Part shown: positions 15,560 through 23,512 of the stretch, in pieces
How the letters are laid out: every line of letters starts with the position of its first letter
Numbering within the stretch: the stretch's first letter is position 1
IMG/VR virus record: IMGVR_UViG_3300014914_000499
Length of the DNA: 23,512 nt
Direction: 5' to 3' (one strand)
DNA from: a virus
Notes under the pieces: generated by a model
Seen by the model: only the letters and a program-made list of their open reading frames with translations
The model's database searches: none
What the model was told of the DNA's origin: nothing
Translations under genes and position numbers: made by a program

Positions 15560-15916
15560 CTAACCCACTCCTTCTACACCTTGATATGATAAGCATTTCG
15601 CGCACTCCAGTAAAAGAAGGCCTTTAATCCCAGGCCGTTTCATTGTGTCCGATAGCCAACTAACCAAATCCAACACTGAATAAAACACAGGGGTACAGTG
15701 AGTGAGAGGGGCGAACTTATATCGTTTCGCGTGCGCGATCCAGTCAGGAAACTTTAGTTTAAATATCCTCCAGAACTTAAAAGGGTAAGGTTCAACCCTT
15801 ATAAAGTACCTAGAAGTAACCCACAATTTATCAACCGAAGCTTTCTGGACGTCACTACTTACTTCCCGTAACACGCACGTCAATAAAGGCCACTCTGCAC
15901 GTCTTCCAGCCCACAT
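15560..15916 (-). CDS. Hypothetical protein, triplicated family, copy 3
   Basis: Shares WPxLT, FWxxFKLKFPDWI, FYSVxDLxxWLSDT and LLLECxK with the next two ORFs. Confidence 0.75.
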   Translation of the reverse strand: MWAGRRAEWPLLTCVLREVSSDVQKASVDKLWVTSRYFIRVEPYPFKFWRIFKLKFPDWIAHAKRYKFAPLTHCTPVFYSVLDLVSWLSDTMKRPGIKGLLLLECAKCLSYQGVEGVG

Positions 15917-15935
15917 TGCTTTTCACCATCTTAAC

Positions 15936-16304
15936 CTATGTTTTTACACCCTGATATGCTAAGTATTTCGTACACTCCAACAAAAGAAGGTTTCTAATCT
16001 CAGGACGCTTCATTGTATCTGACAACCAACTGACGAGATCCGTCACTGAATAAAACCACGGAGTATAAGGAGCAAAAAGATCGACTTCAAACCGCTTCGC
16101 ATATACAATCCAATCAGGAAACTTCAGCTTAAACAACTTCCAAAACTCGCGAGAGTGAGGTTCAACCTTTATATAGTAACGAGAAGGAATCCACCCCCAT
16201 ACATCATCAACCGAAGCTGATTGTACATCACAGCTTACTGAACGCAACACACTTGTTAAGAAAGGCCACCCAAATAGTCTCCGGTTTGTATTACACTTTC
16301 TCAC
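15936..16304 (-). CDS. Hypothetical protein, triplicated family, copy 2
   Basis: Same conserved blocks as its neighbours. Confidence 0.75.
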   Translation of the reverse strand: MRKCNTNRRLFGWPFLTSVLRSVSCDVQSASVDDVWGWIPSRYYIKVEPHSREFWKLFKLKFPDWIVYAKRFEVDLFAPYTPWFYSVTDLVSWLSDTMKRPEIRNLLLLECTKYLAYQGVKT

Positions 16305-16660
16305 CTGTTAACCCGCGTTTCTATATTACACTTCGCACACTCTAACAGAAGCAGGCCCCTAACTCCTGGTCGCCTTATCGTATCTGACAACCATGCGATC
16401 AAATCTGACACCGAATAAAACCAGGGGGTGTAAAGAGAGAAATAGTGATCGAATCTATAACGCTTCGCATGAACGATCCAGTCAGGAAACTTTAGTTTAA
16501 ATATCCTCCAGAACTCGTGAGAGTAAGGCTCGACCTTTACGTAGTAACGAGGAGGGTCCCACCCCCACAAAACATTAATTGAAGCTGTTTGTACATCTTG
16601 GTTTACTGACTGTAACACACACGTTAATAAAGGCCACTTTACACAACCTTTGGCCTGCAT
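16301..16660 (-). CDS. Hypothetical protein, triplicated family, copy 1
   Basis: Same conserved blocks; 42-nt exact repeat shared with copy 3 (16474-16515 = 15736-15777). Confidence 0.75.
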   Translation of the reverse strand: MQAKGCVKWPLLTCVLQSVNQDVQTASINVLWGWDPPRYYVKVEPYSHEFWRIFKLKFPDWIVHAKRYRFDHYFSLYTPWFYSVSDLIAWLSDTIRRPGVRGLLLLECAKCNIETRVNR

Positions 16661-16668
16661 ACACTTTC

Positions 16669-16860
16669 TTACCTCTTTAACTCTCTCGGGTCTTCTAGTT
16701 GCTTAACCATTACTTGGGGAGCCCTACCCAAGAAACATTTATACTCAAAAATCTCCACCGCTTCCTTTTTAGCTAGCTCGTACGCCTCCTTTACACTAGG
16801 AGCATCAATCTCAAAGCTTACCGCATCGCCACGATATTTTGCTACTACACTAAACTTCAT
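16669..16860 (-). CDS. Hypothetical protein (63 aa)
   Basis: Co-oriented; overlaps the upstream gene. Confidence 0.6.
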   Translation of the reverse strand: MKFSVVAKYRGDAVSFEIDAPSVKEAYELAKKEAVEIFEYKCFLGRAPQVMVKQLEDPRELKR

Positions 16861-17527
16861 CCTTCTTCACCTCCGAGATTTCTCGTTGTATAACTTCAAG
16901 TGCTTTAGCCCAAAACGCTTCACTTCCCGACCTCAATCGCCACAACCTTCCACTTGGCGACTCTAGTACACACATGACATCGCGTAACACCTTCTTGAAC
17001 AACTCCCCCTTCTGAGGTCCAACCACAGTTTGACCTTTAGCTAATGTAAGCCGCATAGAACAATAGGTGCTGTTACCAGGTGACGACCATCCAAAGCTAA
17101 CGACCACCTCTACATCTACTACACCCCTATACCAACCCCGCAAAACAACAGGCTTGGCGTCTGTGAATTCAACTGACTCTAACTCAAAAGTGGCGCGAAG
17201 CGCGGCTCGTCGGATTTGGGCGCGTATCTCCGCACGTCTCTTCCGCTCAAGTGCTAGATTCCGCTCATTTCGCTCGTACGATTCAAGACATTGCCTAATG
17301 AATTCACGTCCTTGCTGGGTTAAACTCAGATTCACATATCCCCGCATCACCCACATGCAAAGCGTTTCGGCCGTAGTTACAGAGCAACTCTGACCCCGAA
17401 CAAAATTCGTATCCATGCATCTCAGAGTAGGAGCATATACATGCGAGCTTCCAACTTGTATAAATTTCGACTTCAGTTTATAAATCTCCTCAAAAAGTTC
17501 CTCATCTGTTGCCTTCCTGAAATCCAT
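16850..17527 (-). CDS. Hypothetical protein (225 aa) sharing a C-terminal domain with 20181-20804
   Basis: KGELFKKVLRDV..SPSGRLWRLR aligns with KGRLRQKVLTDV..SPKGRLWKLR. Confidence 0.7.
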   Translation of the reverse strand: MDFRKATDEELFEEIYKLKSKFIQVGSSHVYAPTLRCMDTNFVRGQSCSVTTAETLCMWVMRGYVNLSLTQQGREFIRQCLESYERNERNLALERKRRAEIRAQIRRAALRATFELESVEFTDAKPVVLRGWYRGVVDVEVVVSFGWSSPGNSTYCSMRLTLAKGQTVVGPQKGELFKKVLRDVMCVLESPSGRLWRLRSGSEAFWAKALEVIQREISEVKKDEV

Positions 17528-17543
17528 CTCTCCTCATCCTCTC

Positions 17544-18068
17544 TTAACGCGATCCTCCGCACCCTGACTTTGTCTCTAATAATTTATACGCTTTGCAACA
17601 GTAGTCCACTTGGTATAAACAATCGTCTAGCGCGTTATGTGTTTTTGGGTCTCTACTCTTCTCCTCCCTTTTAAGCCCTGCTAAAAACACCAAAGTTCTA
17701 ATATCCCTCCAACGGGTGTAGTGAAATGGGAGTTTCTGCCCAAGTTTTTGACAAACACACCCAAGAATTTCTATATCGTAAAAATGCGACCAAACGTAGG
17801 CTTTTTTATCGATCTTACAGAAGGTCGTTAACTCTTCCAGAGCCTTTGTCAAAGGAATAGTATCCTTATCCCAAGTAATCCTGTCTTTATTCTCCAACCA
17901 AAATTTGAGTTCTTTATATTTGATCTCAAGGCCTTTATCCAAACAGGACTTTATATTAACGTTTACAAGAAAAGTCTCTCCGGTTTTTCCTGCCCAATCA
18001 AAGTACACTGCACCGATCTGTGTAATAACCGTGCCTAGCGTTTCAAGGTCCAACATTATATTACTCAC
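17544..18068 (-). CDS. DEDDh 3'-5' exonuclease (Rv2179c / exonuclease VIII N-terminal-like)
   Basis: IMLDLETLG, TQIGAVYFD, YDIEIL, WRDIRT and HNALDDC motifs. Confidence 0.85.
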   Translation of the reverse strand: MSNIMLDLETLGTVITQIGAVYFDWAGKTGETFLVNVNIKSCLDKGLEIKYKELKFWLENKDRITWDKDTIPLTKALEELTTFCKIDKKAYVWSHFYDIEILGCVCQKLGQKLPFHYTRWRDIRTLVFLAGLKREEKSRDPKTHNALDDCLYQVDYCCKAYKLLETKSGCGGSR

Positions 18069-18095
18069 ACCACATCTCCTCCTTCACAAGGTCAC

Positions 18096-18419
18096 TTACT
18101 CCATCCTTGTTAAAATTCGAAACCTTAGATCTTCAGGTTTCACACCAAACACCCCTGTCGTGAACCCCTTCACCTCACGCGATGTGTTCCGCTTCAAAGT
18201 CACAACCAAAGCACTCTCACCCACTCGTAAGCCGCGAAAGAAAGGACTGCTACTCCTCACGGCACCCAACCTCTCTAAAAGTTCACGGGTTGACACGTGC
18301 CCAACGTAATGAGTAAGCCCGTGTACTAAAGGTTTTACCTCCTCAAATCTTTTCGTTCTAACTTTATACACGCCATCCTCCGTCGCCACCACAGACGACA
18401 AAATAGCTACTAGTCTCAT
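18096..18419 (-). CDS. DUF1874 (STIV B116 / AcrIII-1 / Crn2-like) putative cOA ring nuclease
   Basis: 107 aa with DGVYKVR..EEVKPLV, YVGHVSTRELLERLG (the GHxST catalytic-His motif) and LRVGESALVVTL. Confidence 0.65.
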   Translation of the reverse strand: MRLVAILSSVVATEDGVYKVRTKRFEEVKPLVHGLTHYVGHVSTRELLERLGAVRSSSPFFRGLRVGESALVVTLKRNTSREVKGFTTGVFGVKPEDLRFRILTRME

Positions 18420-18661
18420 TCTTCCTCCTCCTTCTCAAGTTGTCGGTAAAATTCAGACCATCCCTTCTCCACATATGTATAAGGGGCGTACTTCTCTAGA
18501 AGCCCCTTCTTCACTAACCGATCGCACCTACACCGAACAGCATTAAAAGAAAGCTCTATACCAAGTTCATACCTAATCTGGTCCTTCAAAAAGTTCACAT
18601 GTGTTGGCATAATGGTGTGAGACACAATAACTTCATTGACCTCTTTACTTCGCACACACAA
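18416..18661 (-). CDS. Small winged-helix-like DNA-binding protein
   Basis: LSFNAVRCRCDRLVKKGLLEK resembles a wHTH recognition helix and wing. Confidence 0.5.
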   Translation of the reverse strand: MCVRSKEVNEVIVSHTIMPTHVNFLKDQIRYELGIELSFNAVRCRCDRLVKKGLLEKYAPYTYVEKGWSEFYRQLEKEEEE

Positions 18662-19115
18662 TCTCCCCTATTGCGAGTAATACTCTCCAAACATACTCTT
18701 TACTTCGCGCCCCACAGTATCGGTACAAAACGTGGACTAAGTCGGGCTCGGTAGCGAACAACTTCTGTAGTATATAACCAACAGCCCGTATGTTCATCTC
18801 AATATCAAATAAGTCTCCTCGCGTCTCTATAATCCCAGCCCTCTTGAGTTCCGGAACCCAAGTAGGCATGACTTGACCCAGGCCAATCGCACCCATAGGG
18901 GACACAGCATATGGGTCAAAGTGGCTTTCAACTTTACATATAGCTAAAATTAAGATAGGGTGCGCTTCTTGGTGTGCACACTGCACAACCAGCCATGCCT
19001 GTGATCTCGTTAACCGACTATTCTTTAACACCCAATCTACTTCATCTCCGTAAGCGCAAGCAACACTAAAACACAAGAGTGTCCCTATTACACAGCTTCT
19101 CACCTCTTTAATCAA
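18645..19115 (-). CDS. Lytic transglycosylase (SLT domain) with signal peptide or anchor
   Basis: AICKVESHFDPYAVSPMGAIGLGQVMP (catalytic ES, GLxQ), NIRAVGYIL and YC motifs; hydrophobic N-terminus. Confidence 0.9.
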   Translation of the reverse strand: MIKEVRSCVIGTLLCFSVACAYGDEVDWVLKNSRLTRSQAWLVVQCAHQEAHPILILAICKVESHFDPYAVSPMGAIGLGQVMPTWVPELKRAGIIETRGDLFDIEMNIRAVGYILQKLFATEPDLVHVLYRYCGARSKEYVWRVLLAIGEIVCAK

Positions 19116-19117
19116 AA

Positions 19118-19372
19118 TTACTCCCCTCTTCCAAGCTTCTCATAGCGTACCTTCAAAGCCTTTAACACTTCCATCAGCTTGTCAATCGCTTCCTTATGCA
19201 CCCACACACATATAGTAGCATCCATGTACGCGTCCAGGACCCGAATTGGAAATGTAAAGTACACTTGAGGGGCCTCGTCTTTCGGGAACTCCATATACAC
19301 ATCACGGTAGCTGTCATCCTCACAGCAGTACACATTCCCGATCACTAACTTTTCATTCGAACACCCCTTCAT
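19118..19372 (-). CDS. Hypothetical protein (84 aa)
   Basis: Co-oriented; SD-like GGGGTAGG. Confidence 0.6.
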   Translation of the reverse strand: MKGCSNEKLVIGNVYCCEDDSYRDVYMEFPKDEAPQVYFTFPIRVLDAYMDATICVWVHKEAIDKLMEVLKALKVRYEKLGRGE

Positions 19373-19388
19373 GGACCTACCCCCTTCA

Positions 19389-19679
19389 CTACCTTATTTT
19401 AATCTCATACCTACCACGTCCCTTTGAAACTACCTCCACTGTGTAAGAAGGCGCGACACCGCCCGGACGTACCAACTTGAACTTAGGACAGTATGCTAAG
19501 TACTCTATAGTGTCAGACTCATATTTGTAGTTCGCGTCCAGTATAATAAAGTTAGAGAACACCAACATAAGCGCCCCAAGCAACTCAAAGTTCTCATTAC
19601 CTATAGCTAAATCCAACATCCTCTTACTGATTTCAAATTTGCCTAGCCTCCGACCTTTAGGTTCTCTCTGACCTGCCAC
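19389..19679 (-). CDS. Hypothetical phage protein (96 aa)
   Basis: Co-oriented; GTG start. Confidence 0.6.
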   Translation of the reverse strand: MAGQREPKGRRLGKFEISKRMLDLAIGNENFELLGALMLVFSNFIILDANYKYESDTIEYLAYCPKFKLVRPGGVAPSYTVEVVSKGRGRYEIKIR

Positions 19680-19714
19680 TATAACACCCCCTATTTTACC
19701 GCAAACTCAGCTAC

Positions 19715-19912
19715 CTAATAATAAATCTCTACCACTTTCCCATTTTCGTACACAACCACTGCTTCGCTACACCTTACCTCAAACCAAGGCTCGTCTTCAT
19801 CCTTCCCCTTTAACTTTATTTCCCACCATGGTTCTTCGTCTGTGGGAGTAGACACAAGTACTTCATCTCCGTCGCCCCAATCTCTACCGTAAAAAAGCGC
19901 TCTTCCAAGCAT
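19715..19912 (-). CDS. Hypothetical acidic protein (65 aa)
   Basis: GGAGG SD; co-oriented. Confidence 0.55.
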   Translation of the reverse strand: MLGRALFYGRDWGDGDEVLVSTPTDEEPWWEIKLKGKDEDEPWFEVRCSEAVVVYENGKVVEIYY

Positions 19913-19927
19913 TGATCTGTACCTCCT

Positions 19928-20131
19928 CTATTTTATCCTCCTCACAAATAATACACACCCACGTCCAAGAGGAATCAACTTCATCTGCCCTGGCTCAAGT
20001 GGCAGTATGTCTTTCTCTTCCACTCCCAACGCTCCGAGGCGATCCCGGTCACACATCCGACGGAGACTAATTCGAGGTTGGTGTGCGATGCACACCCCAC
20101 CAGGGGACAGAATCTTTGACTGAAGCAACAC
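19928..20131 (-). CDS. Hypothetical protein (67 aa)
   Basis: AAGGAGG SD upstream of a TTG start. Confidence 0.5.
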   Translation of the reverse strand: MLLQSKILSPGGVCIAHQPRISLRRMCDRDRLGALGVEEKDILPLEPGQMKLIPLGRGCVLFVRRIK

Positions 20132-20180
20132 TCAAGGTACCTCCTTCTCAAACCAACTTATTCAAAAACCGCTAAATATA

Positions 20181-20804
20181 TTAGCGTATCAAGCGCTTCC
20201 ATATTGTTACACCAACACGAAGCTTCCACAATCTACCCTTAGGGGAGGTCTTTATAGCACGAATAACATCAGTTAACACCTTCTGCCGCAGTCTCCCTTT
20301 CCGAGCCGACATCGTAATAACCACCCCACCCCTTGATAGCCTTACGATCGTAGGGATGCCATCAACAATCATGACTTCAGCGCGTACGTCTCCATATCTA
20401 CCACAAACCCCAAAAGCGGGACCAAGGCTAGATTCGGGTCCGCGAACTATGTGAAGGTCGTTAAGTTCAAAAGAATTATATAACACATCCCAACGTAAAG
20501 CTGCCTTTGAATTACAAAGTTGAGAAGCAATCCCTTGAACGAAACCCTCTAATTCAGACGCTACAACATCACGAAACGCCTGCAAAACGCGACCGATCCG
20601 TTTTCCTTTTATAAAGCTAAGCTCACTTGGTGCGTCAATTATCCGACCATTCTGGCTGAACGGACTTTTTATCACAAACTCAAAGGGGTGAAAGATCCAT
20701 CTTGAACCCCTGTTGGACAGGAGTTCCCTCACCTCTTCCACTGTTGAGGCCTCGAAATCAGTTACATAATCTCCTTCAAAGCTAACCAGTAAAGCCTGAT
20801 ACAT
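20181..20804 (-). CDS. Hypothetical two-domain protein (207 aa)
   Basis: N-terminal FEGDYV..GSRWIFHPFEFV module; C-terminus paralogous to 16850-17527. Confidence 0.7.
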   Translation of the reverse strand: MYQALLVSFEGDYVTDFEASTVEEVRELLSNRGSRWIFHPFEFVIKSPFSQNGRIIDAPSELSFIKGKRIGRVLQAFRDVVASELEGFVQGIASQLCNSKAALRWDVLYNSFELNDLHIVRGPESSLGPAFGVCGRYGDVRAEVMIVDGIPTIVRLSRGGVVITMSARKGRLRQKVLTDVIRAIKTSPKGRLWKLRVGVTIWKRLIR

Positions 20805-20828
20805 CTTTCACAAACACCTCCATGGTAA

Positions 20829-21389
20829 TCAGCGGTGATAATCAACCGTAACCAGATATCCAGTGGTTATACCCCTCTCTTCCAAAGCCTTTTTCACATG
20901 GCCATCAAAGTCAGTCCTACAAAAGCCGAAACCAACCCAAATTTTATGGTGAAGTACCTCGTTCGGAAGAATTAACGTATAACATGTCAAACGGGGTGAT
21001 ACCTTCCCGACAGAAACAACATCATCAACGTAACCTTCATCCCTGTACCTGTCACGACAAGTCGGTATAGGTCCCTCGAAACCTGGGAAAAGTTTCAAGA
21101 ACTCTTCGCGCCTCTTGGCCTCCTGAACCTTTGCCGGTTTCTTAACCCCATACCAAAACAATCTCTTCTCTTCACAAATCTTGTAAAACCTCTCAACCTT
21201 CAACGGATCCAGTGTCGTTACTGTATGAACACCGGACCACTTACCACCAACAACGAACCAGTCCCAAAAACCACGACATTCACCAGTTGCCTCATCAAGC
21301 CATAGTTTGTAAGGCTCCATGATCTCTGAAATAGCTTCAAACACATTTTTAGGTAATTCTTCAAGGTAAACCTCACAATGATAATGCAT
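20829..21389 (-). CDS. Conserved-looking phage hypothetical protein (WDWFVVGGKWSG motif)
   Basis: MHY at the N-terminus, the WDW..GGxWSG motif and DYH at the C-terminus; GGAGG SD. Confidence 0.7.
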   Translation of the reverse strand: MHYHCEVYLEELPKNVFEAISEIMEPYKLWLDEATGECRGFWDWFVVGGKWSGVHTVTTLDPLKVERFYKICEEKRLFWYGVKKPAKVQEAKRREEFLKLFPGFEGPIPTCRDRYRDEGYVDDVVSVGKVSPRLTCYTLILPNEVLHHKIWVGFGFCRTDFDGHVKKALEERGITTGYLVTVDYHR

Positions 21390-21444
21390 CCAAAAACCTC
21401 CCTCTACAGCTCCCCAACTAAGTACACCTTAAAAGATACTCACC

Positions 21445-21615
21445 TTACGACACGTGCTTGTCATCTTTAAGGTTAGAGCACCTATTTAACATGACCCGAA
21501 ACGCTCGTTCATACTCCCTCAACATCCTCTCTGAAGCAGTATGAGTAATGACAGCTCCAATGAAAACACCTAACCCAAAACAACACAGCCCAACTACTAA
21601 CAATTGTACCCCCAT
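21445..21615 (-). CDS. Small membrane protein (56 aa, missing from the ORF track)
   Basis: Manual translation MGVQLLVVGLCCFGLGVFIGAVITHTASERMLREYERAFRVMLNRCSNLKDDKHVS; perfect SD AAGGAGGTGA. Confidence 0.7.
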   Translation of the reverse strand: MGVQLLVVGLCCFGLGVFIGAVITHTASERMLREYERAFRVMLNRCSNLKDDKHVS

Positions 21616-21637
21616 AAGATCACCTCCTTATTCAGCC

Positions 21638-21841
21638 CTATATGCTCTTCAACTTAGCTCTCAGATTGGGGAAGTCGGTTATCACTGATTCTACTACCGC
21701 CTCCATCTCCTCTTGGTTTAGGATAATCTGAGGGTTGTTCCTTGTCAGGTTCCGTTCTGCTTCGTCATCGTCGCTATAGTAACCACTCTCCACCCATACA
21801 TGGTATTCATACCAATTAATAGCGTAGTACTTTTTCTCCAT
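21638..21841 (-). CDS. Hypothetical protein (~67 aa)
   Basis: ATG 21841 (MEKKYY) follows GGAGGAGAGGG; the ORF track starts at 21862. Confidence 0.6.
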   Translation of the reverse strand: MEKKYYAINWYEYHVWVESGYYSDDDEAERNLTRNNPQIILNQEEMEAVVESVITDFPNLRAKLKSI

Positions 21842-21851
21842 CCCTCTCCTC

Positions 21852-22775
21852 CTACCGCACATGATGCGGCCACCTTATAACCCAACCATCATGCACGTAG
21901 TAATTGAACCTTAATAATAAGTCAAAGAAATCTCGAGCTAAAATATACTTCCAATACGTTGGTAACTCTGTTGACACAGTTGATTGTACAAGTGAGCGAA
22001 GTGGAAAACTCGCGACACGCATCTCTACCAACTCACTCTTGGTCATACCAAAAATCACTCTCATTACATCACTTGGATAATGAAGGAGCTTAAAATCAAT
22101 TGGGCGAAACTGAATCTCTCTAGATAAGTCAACCTGTGGTAGTGATTTAACAAGGCCCTCAAAAGCCTTTACCAAATCTTCTTCAACAAGGACTCCTGCA
22201 TAAGGACCAATATGAACCTTGCGCACAATCGGATCAGAAATAATCCTGAACTCATGCGTCCGAACCGCAAGCCGTAAGTTAAGCGCGGCCTTACCAACTT
22301 CAGAGTTCGTAATCACCAATGAGGGGGTAAACGTAACATTCATCTCGCACCGCTGCACACCTTCAATTCGCATAATCGAAAACTCATCGGTCAACATTTC
22401 CCAAACAGGGTCTGTCACCTTACCGAAAACCTTACTCAACTTAAGGTGAGGGAGCAACTCGCGACAAACAATAATGTTATCAATTGGTTTATAACTCGTT
22501 GAAAGAACACCTCTAACCGTCTGCTCACGTAACCTCAACAGAAACTGAGTCTCCTTCAACACCTTGTTTATTACTTCACATAAACCCTCTTCCTTCAGAA
22601 CTTCAAAGAACTTCACGGTACAGCCTGCAAAAGAGCACAATTGCGACGTCGCAGTATCATTCAAGGTTAAAGGTCCATTAGGATACACTACACCTCCACT
22701 ACTACCCAATTTAAGAGAAGCAGTCACGTCCCTACATCCCTTCGTAAATTCCTCTACTTGACCAAGGAAGTCCAT
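21852..22775 (-). CDS. DUF932-like phage protein (307 aa)
   Basis: VRGVLSTSYKPIDN and LVITNSEVG resemble DUF932/TIGR03299 proteins (from recall); GGAGG SD. Confidence 0.65.
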   Translation of the reverse strand: MDFLGQVEEFTKGCRDVTASLKLGSSGGVVYPNGPLTLNDTATSQLCSFAGCTVKFFEVLKEEGLCEVINKVLKETQFLLRLREQTVRGVLSTSYKPIDNIIVCRELLPHLKLSKVFGKVTDPVWEMLTDEFSIMRIEGVQRCEMNVTFTPSLVITNSEVGKAALNLRLAVRTHEFRIISDPIVRKVHIGPYAGVLVEEDLVKAFEGLVKSLPQVDLSREIQFRPIDFKLLHYPSDVMRVIFGMTKSELVEMRVASFPLRSLVQSTVSTELPTYWKYILARDFFDLLLRFNYYVHDGWVIRWPHHVR

Positions 22776-22797
22776 AGCCTACCTCCTTCTTGATCCT

Positions 22798-23214
22798 CTA
22801 CGTATAGTTCAACCATTTGGGTGGCACTGTGTGCAACCCAAACCAGTACACCCACTTACCGTTACACACATGAGTGTAGTAAACCGTCGCGTACTCACCA
22901 ACTCTGCCTAGTACTACCCATACATACTCTTGACCATGGTCCTCTGGGGGCCAAACTGGAGGCACAAGATCAATGTCACCCCGTGGACATTCGTCCATTA
23001 GCCTCCGTACTAGAATAGCCGCTAGCTCCTCCATACCGTTAAACATCAACCGGTTTTCGCTTCCAACAGGGATCCCATTCTCAATTGGTATTCCCAACAA
23101 GATTGACTTCAAATCCTCCCCATGACTACTTGGGTCTCCATCAAACTGTCTAGAAACACAAACAATCGGTCTGCGTTTCTCATCAAACACGTAAGTTAAA
23201 CATTTCGTACCCAT
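22798..23214 (-). CDS. Phage hypothetical protein (MGTK..RQFDGDP..HG family)
   Basis: ATG 23214 with an AAGGAG SD; paralogous to the ORF at the window end. Confidence 0.7.
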   Translation of the reverse strand: MGTKCLTYVFDEKRRPIVCVSRQFDGDPSSHGEDLKSILLGIPIENGIPVGSENRLMFNGMEELAAILVRRLMDECPRGDIDLVPPVWPPEDHGQEYVWVVLGRVGEYATVYYTHVCNGKWVYWFGLHTVPPKWLNYT

Positions 23215-23450
23215 TTCACACTCCTTCAAACCCTCACCACTACATTCCACCAAAGACGTGCACAGCGCGCTCTAAATAGCAAATGGGAACCCTCGCCGAG
23301 CTAAGTCCACTTGAGGGCCAAACCAGTGATGCCACTTAATGTTACACGCATGAGTATAGTAAACTGTCGCGCATTCACCAACTCTACCCAATACCACCCA
23401 TATGTAATCTTGACCATAATCCTCTGGAGGCCAAACCGGAGGCACAAGGT
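22841..23450. repeat. Direct repeat of ~130 nt (about 22841-22970 and 23322-23450) from a tandem gene duplication
   Basis: Visible DNA similarity, e.g. CTTGACCAT..TCCTCTGG.GGCCAAAC.GGAGGCACAAG in both copies. Confidence 0.8.
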
Positions 23451-23511
23451 AAACATTTCCGTAGGGATTTTGGTCTTTTAACCTGTACACCAACAGAGCC
23501 GCTAGTTCTTC
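23272..23511 (-). CDS. Paralog of 22798-23214, 5' part beyond the window
   Basis: The frame stays open to the edge (EELAALLVYRL..LVPPVWPPEDYGQDYIWVVLGRVGE) and aligns with the downstream gene. Confidence 0.7.
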   Translation of the reverse strand, partial: EELAALLVYRLKDQNPYGNVYLVPPVWPPEDYGQDYIWVVLGRVGECATVYYTHACNIKWHHWFGPQVDLARRGFPFAI

Positions 23512-23512
23512 C

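Noticed and set aside
401-23018. All other plus-strand ORFs in the track, and nested minus-strand ORFs (1783-2037, 4520-4708, 11395-11640, 14542-14781)
   Set aside because: They are shadows of better-supported overlapping genes, with no motifs or SD sites.
1-23512. Archaeal virus or cellular chromosome origin
   Set aside because: The SLT transglycosylase and bacterial-type RNase HII argue for a bacterial host. Single-strand dense small ORFs without housekeeping synteny argue for a phage. Not absolutely excluded.

Overview
This is a 23.5 kb segment of a large phage or virus genome. Every credible gene (about 50) is on the minus strand. They are tightly packed with ATGA/TAATG/TTGA overlaps and GGAGG(TGA)-type Shine-Dalgarno motifs. 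I see no structural genes, tRNAs or CRISPR array. In transcription order (right to left) the window has three parts. (1) A small-gene accessory region with many internal duplications, an SLT lytic transglycosylase, a DUF1874/AcrIII-1-like ring nuclease candidate and a DEDD exonuclease. (2) Ku, QueE, an Hjc-like resolvase and QueD (part of a 7-deazaguanine pathway), then a multidomain zincin peptidase. (3) A nuclease-less Nop/IS110-C-like protein followed directly by a ~650 bp array of 9-nt spacers between alternating ~9-nt repeats (36-37 nt period), then a DtxR-like regulator, an MBL hydrolase, a DUF932-like protein, RNase HII and class III RNR (nrdG, nrdD). The gene plus array fits a TIGR-TasA RNA-guided system and is the main finding. 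The SLT gene points to a bacterial host and class III RNR to an anaerobic one. All family assignments come from motif recognition by eye, with no database searches.
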